In this document: positions 56,078 to 64,000 of the stretch, piece by piece | Numbering within the stretch: the first letter of the stretch is position 1 | Layout: each line of letters opens with the position of its first letter | NCBI GenBank assembly: GCA_963693365.1 | Contig: CAVNZM010000007.1 | Span: 2,899,979 to 2,963,978, forward strand | Direction: 5' to 3' | Length of the DNA stretch: 64,000 nucleotides | DNA from: Amoebidium appalachense | Taxonomy: Eukaryota; Protista; Ichthyosporea | Position numbers and translations under genes: made by a program | The notes under the pieces: generated by a model | What the model was told of the DNA's origin: nothing | Databases searched by the model: none | Seen by the model: the letters and a program-made list of their open reading frames with translations, nothing else

Positions 56078-56409
56078 GGCGAACGATGCTGGGCATATGC
56101 ATTGGGACTCAATTCGGGAGTCAATATATATGAGCCTGAGATATAACTGGGCTTTGTATGCTCATGGGATTTCCAACTTCAAAGATGAAGCGATCACGGA
56201 GAAGCAGAAGGAGGTGTGTGTGTGCTCGGTGGGTGGGTGGGTGGGGGCGGGGGGGAAGGGGGAGGGGGGAGGGGGGAGGGGGGAGGGGGAGGGGGGGAGG
56301 GGGAGGGGGGGGGGGGGGGGGGAGGGGGCACGCGGTCAAGGGTGGGGGGGTTGAGCCTGAGGCATCCTCCACACTTGCAAGTCCGGACAAGTGGAGGCCC
56401 GGGATCTGA
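56078..56409 (+). CDS. Possible exons of a small uncharacterised gene
   Basis: Non-repetitive frame HWDSIRESIYMSLRYNWALYAHGISNFKDEAITEKQKE ends at GAG|GTGTGT, with a possible last exon 56341-56409. No recognisable family. Confidence 0.3.
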
Positions 56410-57715
56410 TTCCGAACCCCGCCGTACGCAACGTACACTGATGATCAGCTGATATCGATCACTCACGCGACTCACACGAGTCATAAACGGATATCATATG
56501 CTGGCCCCTGGCAGCTGCTGGCCCCTGGGCTGCAGTGCCAGATTCATGTGCTTCTTGAAGTGCATGATTCTCTTCTTTCCCTTTCTTTGGGTTTATGTAT
56601 TTTGACACCTCTTTGTCCAATTTCTTTCTTTCTTTTATGTACTGTGATCATGCGATTTATGAACCATCTTCATTCCAAGACTTCCTCAAGCGATGCGTTC
56701 CGAACCAATCACAGAGTAGAAACACAAAAATGTTGATCTTTTTTGGCTGAAGGACATTTTTTCCTATTGGTTGTCTCTTCAAGATAACCCGCTCTTATCG
56801 CAACGCCTAAATTCTTGCATGATTTATTTGCCTCTGGGTCCATGACGTCAGTGTCACGTCACCTCACGTCAAAAAGGTTCGGCCGTTGGCTGTTGGATAA
56901 GATTGGTCTCAAGGCTGTTTCAAAACCCAAAAACCAAAATTCATAATTGTTGTAAATAATCAAGTGCCTTTTAGGCCAATGAATTTCTACTTTTCTGTTT
57001 ACCAACTCTTTGTAAAGTTTCTAAACTCTGATAACGCTACTGGCAACGGCCAGCTTTGGCATTCATGCGCTCCAATCACAATAAAGTATCGCATTGCTCA
57101 TTTCTGTATTTTTGGCCGTTCGAAACGCCCAATCGTTCCCTGCCGGCAGCGCCCGACTACATTTTGAGCGCGAAGTGTCCTACAAGTCATGAAGGCGGGA
57201 AAGTGGGAGAAAACGAGAAACGAGAAACGAAAACGAAAAACCCATGAAAAGGCAAGGAATAGTTTACTTCTGTAGTGTCCAAAATAGGCCACACAAGTAG
57301 AATATTCAAAGGGTTGAGCTGGCTGGCTAGAGGTGACGATAACATTATATTAGTGGTGAGCATTACCCGTGAGGAACTGCAGGGAGGAAAGAAATTTTTG
57401 CAGCTCTGTATGTCCACCGTGGTAACGCAGACATCTAGCTTAAAGCTAAGCTATTCATCGTGAAAGGTGAAAGAACAACAGAAGCTGTTTTTTTCTTTTG
57501 CTTTTTCCTGTTTTCTTATCTTGTTTTTACCTCTTTTCTCCCCAAACCCTTCGTTACTCTCATACCCCAACACGCAAAGTTGAGCGCCACGTTTTTTTTT
57601 TTTTTCGTTTTTTTTCCCCCGTTTTTAGGCTTCTTTTCAATTTTCACCTTTTCCACCTTGTCTTGTTAAACTCTCTCTGCTGTTCCATCTCAAAGATAGC
57701 ACACATGAAACAAGA

Positions 57716-58927
57716 ATGCTGCAACACAAACTGTTACTCCTTTGTTTCACCCTTTCAATCGTTTGCGCAGACCAAGAAAAAATGGACTGGGACGACCATG
57801 AAGAAACGGTTTCAGACACGGACAAAGACCGAAACGCCACAGACTCCAAATGGTTTTCCAAGCTCTCGCCCGAGTGCTTAACCAACCAAGACTGCGGCAG
57901 CCGACAAGTTTGCCTCACAACGAAATACTCAGAATCATGGGAAAGATACTGCGTCCCTAGAACGTGCATGCTTGACATGGATTGTGAACAAGACAAAAGG
58001 CCTAACGCCGGGCTTATCTGCGACAAACGCTTGAGTAACCCCGGTGTATGCCTGATAATGAAGTACCCGCAGTGTCGTAATAGGTACGACTGCAAGAATC
58101 CCCCCGGCCGCAAATACGACGAGGAATGTTTTATCAAGGAAAAGTCGAGCCCGGGGGCGTTGGGTTACTGCTCCATGGAGATACGCATTCCGGGTTTTGC
58201 AAGCAGCTCGCAGAATGGGGAAGAGAAACCGCCTGAAAATCCCAGTATTTGGTCCGAAATACTGACTATCCTTCCACGTTTCCTTGCTGGTGTAGTCGCG
58301 GTGGGGCTGATACTCGTCGGTGTTTTGATTACGCGAAGGAAGATGAGGAGGAAAGCAAACCAAGCGGTAAAACCGGAAGGCCTTGCCCCTCCGCAATACG
58401 AGGAGCCCTCATCCGCGAGCGCCAACGTGTGCACGGAGGCGAACTTACACAGGGAGGGGGACGCCATCAGCCTGCAGAGCCTACCGCCGTCTTATTATGA
58501 TCTTGTCGTGATGAATCCTTACCACCCTTGTCAAGGGGAGGAATTGGCACGCGCACCAGCACCTACAAATTTCCCTACCTCACCCCAATCCCCGGCAGTG
58601 CGTGAAGGAGAGGTTGTGGCACTTGATCAATTTTTTTCTCCAGAGAATGTGCCAGTCGAAAACTTCAGCAGGGAGGGAGGAGAGAATGCACGGGTAATGT
58701 CTGGTGCTATAAGTGGGCCAGAAACGGCAGTTGTCGTGGATGCTAGTGGTAGTGGAGCTGCAAACACTAGCGTTGATATAGTGGACATGAATACGCAAAA
58801 TGTAAATTATGTCGGTGATGATTCACAAAAAGATGAACGCACGAGTGCAAGTGGAGGGGAGGTTGGTGACACTGGTGTCGTTATAGAGAATAACGGGGAT
58901 ATAACAGAGCAGGGCACTAGGCCCTAG
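57716..58927 (+). CDS. Intronless type I membrane protein: signal peptide, three CxxxxDC Cys-rich repeats, TM helix and PPxY tail
   Basis: 403-aa non-repetitive ORF. Signal MLQHKLLLLCFTLSIVCA; repeats CLTNQDC, CMLDMDC and CRNRYDC; TM FLAGVVAVGLILVGVLI followed by RRKMRRK; PPQY and LPPSY. Confidence 0.88.
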   Translation: MLQHKLLLLCFTLSIVCADQEKMDWDDHEETVSDTDKDRNATDSKWFSKLSPECLTNQDCGSRQVCLTTKYSESWERYCVPRTCMLDMDCEQDKRPNAGLICDKRLSNPGVCLIMKYPQCRNRYDCKNPPGRKYDEECFIKEKSSPGALGYCSMEIRIPGFASSSQNGEEKPPENPSIWSEILTILPRFLAGVVAVGLILVGVLITRRKMRRKANQAVKPEGLAPPQYEEPSSASANVCTEANLHREGDAISLQSLPPSYYDLVVMNPYHPCQGEELARAPAPTNFPTSPQSPAVREGEVVALDQFFSPENVPVENFSREGGENARVMSGAISGPETAVVVDASGSGAANTSVDIVDMNTQNVNYVGDDSQKDERTSASGGEVGDTGVVIENNGDITEQGTRP

Positions 58928-60009
58928 CCGTGCATATGTGACCATTCATATAGTGTTATAACAACCTGCACGAAAATGGATGCAGATGTATAGCTACTAG
59001 TAATAAGGCTTATTCCCGTTCTTTGTTGCTTGTTTTGACATGCGGTGGGTGGGTGGGTTTTTTTGGGGGGGGGTTTGGTGGCTTCCCCCCCTTTTTAGTT
59101 CCTTTTCTCTCCTTTTTTGGCAACATATAATCACCGTAACCGTCTCTGTCCCTCTCTGTCACACACCACACACACACACAAACACAAACACACACACAGA
59201 CACACACAATTTCTCTAGGTATATTTCTTTCTGTCCCTCTCTCCACATCCCCTTATTATCTCTTGCTCCTCTCTCTCCTTGTCCAATACACTTTTCTTGT
59301 CTCTCCCCTGATCTGATCTCTTTCTTACCTCCGTGCCTGTTCATGTTCGGCTAGTACACCTGTATCACTTTCTGAAACTGATCTAGATTAACCTTCTCAT
59401 TGAAGAAGTTGCTCAAATAATAAAATGTAGTACTGACTATCAAAGTGGTAGTCAAGTAGCTCTTTAGTATTATGTTTAGAATGCAAGAAAATATAGTAGT
59501 TTAGTTTGTCAAAATCCTAGCGTTGGTATTAAGTGATAAATTAGCGAAAATAAATCAAAAAACGAAAGACTGACCGAATCAACACGTATTGTTTAGCACG
59601 AGTATGCAATGTCTGTGACGGGTGGATTCCAACTACTCCAATGAGTTTTGCACAGTGCATTCAAGCCGGGGATTAAAGAACAATATTCGTGATTCATCAG
59701 CTGTTTAAAACTCCGGCAGATTAAAAGATTTCTTACAGTTTTTCTCGAGTTGCATGTAGGTGTCGAAGAAGAAGCTTGGTTTGTGGGTTGGGGGAAAGGG
59801 GTGGGAGGGGGGGATAGGTGGGAAGGTGGGGGGAGGGGGGAGGAGGTTTTTGTGAACCCTGTCACCTAAGTGGTCTGAGTTGTTCAGAGGTGGAGGTGGA
59901 TTGAGGGGGAGAGGGGGGGGGGGGGGGGGGGGGGGGGGATGTTGCTCAGGAAAGGGTAGCTCTGAAACTGAGAAGGGTGGGGGGAGGGGGAAGAGGGAGG
60001 GGCGGGGGG

Positions 60010-60043
<34 letters not shown>

Positions 60044-60232
60044 TCGTCATGAGAGCGCAAAACATTAAAAATTTTGAGCTCCCGGGGCCCAAACATGAAA
60101 GTTGTCCTACCTTGAATGTGCACGAACATTTATCGGCTTTCTGAATCTACTTTTGACTTGTAATTTTTTTTTAAAACCCGTATTCGCTATTTCCCGCATA
60201 TAGTCCTACTAATGTTCGCAACATGCTATCGT

Positions 60233-61100
60233 AATTTCAACCTGTATTCCTACTTTCAACCTGTATTCCTACTTTCATTCTTTATTCCTACGTTCAACCT
60301 GTATACCTAATTTCAACTTGTATTCCTAATTTCAACCTGTATTCCTAGTTTCAACTTGTATTCCTACTTCCAACCTGGTATTCCTACTTTCAACCTGGAA
60401 GTTCCTAGTTTCAACTTATAATCCTCGTTTCAACTTGTATTCCTGCTTTCAACCTGTATTCCTAGCTTCAACCTGTATTCCTACCTGTATTCCTGCTTTC
60501 AACTTGTATTCCTCTTTTCAACTTGTATTCCTACTTTCAACCTGTATTCCTACTTTCTACCCAGTGTATTAACAGTTTCAACGTGTGTCCCTACTTTCAG
60601 CTTAAGTATATCATTCTGCTCCGAATACTTGAATGTGACCTTGTAGTCAATATTAAAATTCAGTTCATATTCCTTCTTTCAACCCTCTTTTCACTTTTTA
60701 ACCTGTATTCGTTTTTAAAAAACTGTAACCTGTATTCCCAACTCCTTTCAACCCATATATATCTCTACTGGCAATCTAAAAACTGTAACCTGTATCCCAA
60801 CTCCTTTCAACCCATATATATCTCTACTGGCAATCTGTATAATCTATTTCTTTGAAAATTTACTCACTACAACCTGTATACCTACTTTCAGCCTATATTC
60901 CCACTTTCGGCCTATATTCCTACTTCGAATTCAACCTATATTCCTACTTGCAACGTGTATCCCCTAACGTGCAATCCCTCCTTTCGACCTAGGCCTGTAT
61001 TCCTACTTTTGAGCATGCGTTAACGTCCATTCCCTACTTCTTTAAACTTGTATTCACTATGTAAATTCCAACCTGTATTCCTACTTTTCAAACTGTATTT
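60233..61100. repeat. Degenerate ~20-bp minisatellite (ttcaacctgtattcctact), including a ~60-bp duplication at 60717-60836
   Basis: Many recurrences of caacYtgtattcct read directly. Confidence 0.93.
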
Positions 61101-61311
61101 GAAACCCTACACCTCCAAGAACCAAGGAACGTACACACCACATATTGCAGTTGTTCACCGGCGGTATACTATATGCGTCGAACACTACTGGCAGAAAATA
61201 TATCTCCCACATTTTCTCTATATGTATGGTAACTTGATTTCTGGCGGGTTTATTATAGTATTCCGAATGAATGAAAAGGGGAAAAGAAAGGGGTGGGGGT
61301 TGGGGTACCGC

Positions 61312-61385
<74 letters not shown>

Positions 61386-61700
61386 GGGGGGGTTATAAAT
61401 ATCTCGGCACCGGCCTTATCTCCTTAGTCGTAGAACGTTGTGATCTACATTTCCTCCCGGCCGTGGCCACTGGAATGTACGTACGTACATACACTTACGT
61501 GCACGCACGCGCACCCAACAAACTTCAAAACCACAAAAAGAAAAAAAAGAATTCTTATAGTGCAGTATCAATGCGTGTATAGTGCAGTATCAATGCGTGT
61601 ATGAGAGGAATACTGCTTTTGGCCTACTTCTAGCTTCAGCGTTTGGTCCACGGATCATAACATTTAGCTGTCCTACCACGAACAAAGTGTTACGATTGCC

Positions 61701-61939
61701 ATGGGATTGTGTCAGCGTGTGTGTGCGCTTGCACACGCGCGGTGGGCAGGGAGACACACACCCTCACACGCGCACACACACGCTGCTGTTTTGGTGAGAG
61801 GCATAGCCACCACACAAGTTAAAGGGTCCAATGCTCCCAAGGAAGGGAAAACGCTGAGCTTAGCACAGGTGTTGAAAACGAGAATACAGGCACTTGGACC
61901 CATGTCAGGTGGGCTATTTGTGTATACAAGAGAAAAGAG

Positions 61940-62037
<98 letters not shown>

Positions 62038-63148
62038 TGGTGGTGGTGGTGGTGAGGGGAGGGGGGTGAGGGGGGAGGGAGGGGAGGTGAGGGGGTGTTG
62101 TGGGAGTGTGTGTGTGTGTGCGTGTGTGCGTGCGTGTGGGATCGTGTGTCATTGTGTGGGGTTGTGGTGTGTGTTGGGGGGGAAGAGGGGGGGAGACGGG
62201 GGATGGAGGGGAGGGGTTTTAGATGCTGTAAGAATAGCAAAGAAAACCTTTGTTGGGTAGTGGTGGTTGGGGATCTGGTTCTTTGTTAGACTGAGAAGGG
62301 TCACTTGGAGTTGTTTGACACCGTTGTGTAGGCACACGCACAAGCGCACTTGCGGGCATGCACAGGCTGGTGCTCTTTTTTTTTTTTTTTTTACACTCTG
62401 CGTTTTTTTTTAAATTTTATGGCCGTCGCACCTTTGATCTAGCTGTTTTGATGTGTTTACGAGTAGGCACACGCACAAGCGCACTTGCGGGCATGCACAG
62501 GCTGGTGCTCTTTTTTTTTTTTTTTTACACTCTGCGTTTTTTTTTAAATTTTATGGCCGTCGCACCTTTGATCTAGCTGTTTTGATGTGTTTACGAGTAA
62601 TCTTCCCCCCCCCTTCCCCCCCCCCTCTCTACTCAGCTTCTCCCTCCCACCCAACCTCTTCCCATATCTCCCTTTCCCCCCTAACTTCTTCCTTTCTCTT
62701 TCTGTCTCTCCTTTCTCCCTAACTCTCCTCTCCCCCCCCCCCCCCCCCCCCCCCCTTCCCCCCGGGCCCTCAATCCCCCCCTCCCTCCCTCCCTCCCTCC
62801 CTCCCTCCCTCCCTCCCTCTCTGTCTCTCTGCCTCTCTTCTCTTTCTCACCTCCTTCACGTGTGCACACACACACTCTCTCTCGTCCCCGCCCGCCCCTC
62901 TCTTCCCTTCGAAACCTCCTCCCTTTCTCTCGGGCCCCCCTCTTCCCGTTCACCCCTTTCGCTTCCCCTGAGGCCTTCACTCCCTTCCTCTCGTCAGTGT
63001 GAACTGGGTCAGAAGATAGCCTTGGTAATTGGGGCAGTAAGGTGAGGGCGGGAAAAAGGGGGGAGGGGGGGGGACGAGAATTGCGCTTTCTTACTATGAT
63101 GCAATCATTCCTGTGTGTGTGCTTCAGTTCTCTTCTTCTATTTTGCTG

Positions 63149-63200
<52 letters not shown>

Positions 63201-63317
63201 TGTGTGTGTGTGTGTGTGTGTGTGCTTGTGTGTGTGTACGTGTGCATGGTGTTTCCCGCCCCCCCCCTCCCCCCCCCTCCCCCCTTCCCCCCCCTCTTCT
63301 GCTCGGCGTTAAGTGGC

Positions 63318-63351
<34 letters not shown>

Positions 63352-64000
63352 GGCCCAGGCCACTTAACGCCGAGCAGAAGAGGGGGGGAAGGGGGGGGGT
63401 GTGGGGGGGTGGGGGGGCTTAATGAGTGGGGCAGTCAGGTTGGAGCTTTTTTTCCTCTTTTTTTTTTTTTTTTTTTTTTTTGAGAGAGGAGCCAAGGGCT
63501 GATCGTTTCACCCTCACAGTGGCAGACTACATGAGAGCATGCCTGACAAGTGGACTGGGGGGTTACTACACGTCCAAGGAGTCGGTTTTCGGCCAAGAGG
63601 GGGATTTTATTACATCTCCTGAAATTTCACAGGTTTTCGGTGAACTTCTGGCTGTGTGGTTTGTCTACCAATGGAAATCCGTGGTAGCCCAAAATCCTAA
63701 ATTTGCAAGCAGGAAAATTGAGCTTGTTGAGCTTGGGCCGGGCAAGGGAACTCTTATGGCTGATATGCTTAGGTCAATTCGGAGATTTGACGATATATTT
63801 TCCCATATTTCTGTGAGTTTGGTGGAAGCCAGCCCTCTCCTGTGTCTCGAGCAAGAAGCTCTCCTGTCCGAAAATCCCGAAAAACGAAATCCGGAAAACG
63901 GAAAGTTGCCCGTTGCCAAAAGCGGTGGAGTCTACCACCAATCGGTTACTAAATACGGCAATCAAATTTCGTGGTATCGCACAATTGACGACCTTCCCTC
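61701..64000 (+). CDS. NDUFAF7: Mitochondrial protein arginine methyltransferase NDUFAF7/MidA, 5' part, runs off the window
   Basis: Exon 61701-61908 (transit-like peptide, RIQALGPMS) and an exon from 63520 reading VADYMRACL..GYY..FGQEGDFITSPEISQVFGELL..LVELGPGKGTLMADMLR..LVEASP. Confidence 0.96.
62328..62599. repeat. Recent tandem duplication, 2 x ~135 bp, in NDUFAF7 intron 1
   Basis: gtaggcacacgcacaagcgc...gatgtgtttacga occurs twice, differing only in T-run length. Confidence 0.95.

Overview
Intron-rich eukaryotic DNA. The RPS7 and FNTA sequences look opisthokont; a unicellular holozoan such as an ichthyosporean is an inference only. Introns and intergenic DNA are saturated with (G)n/(C)n, (CA)n, (GA)n and (ACGC)n tracts, so most ORF-track entries are repeat artefacts. 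Genes reconstructed by hand from exons: a PPxY membrane protein (3' part), a NUDT5-like ADP-sugar pyrophosphatase (-), a single-RRM protein (+), RPS7 (-), an intronless SRPBCC protein (+), a class C (GABA-B-like) GPCR with frameshifts (-), FNTA (+), an EXD1-like DEDDy pseudo-exonuclease with a split CxxC...CxxC motif (+), an intronless Cys-rich PPxY type I membrane protein (+) and the 5' part of NDUFAF7 (+). The most interesting signal is a family of non-coding elements in the first 20 kb. All copies share one orientation, end at a common terminus against (C)n/(G)n runs, are variably truncated at the other end, and resemble Penelope-like retroelements. They carry a ~160-nt RNA domain whose stems and a pseudoknot are kept by compensatory changes between diverged subfamilies, and which does not fit the hammerhead consensus. 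All structure and family calls were made by eye, without searches.
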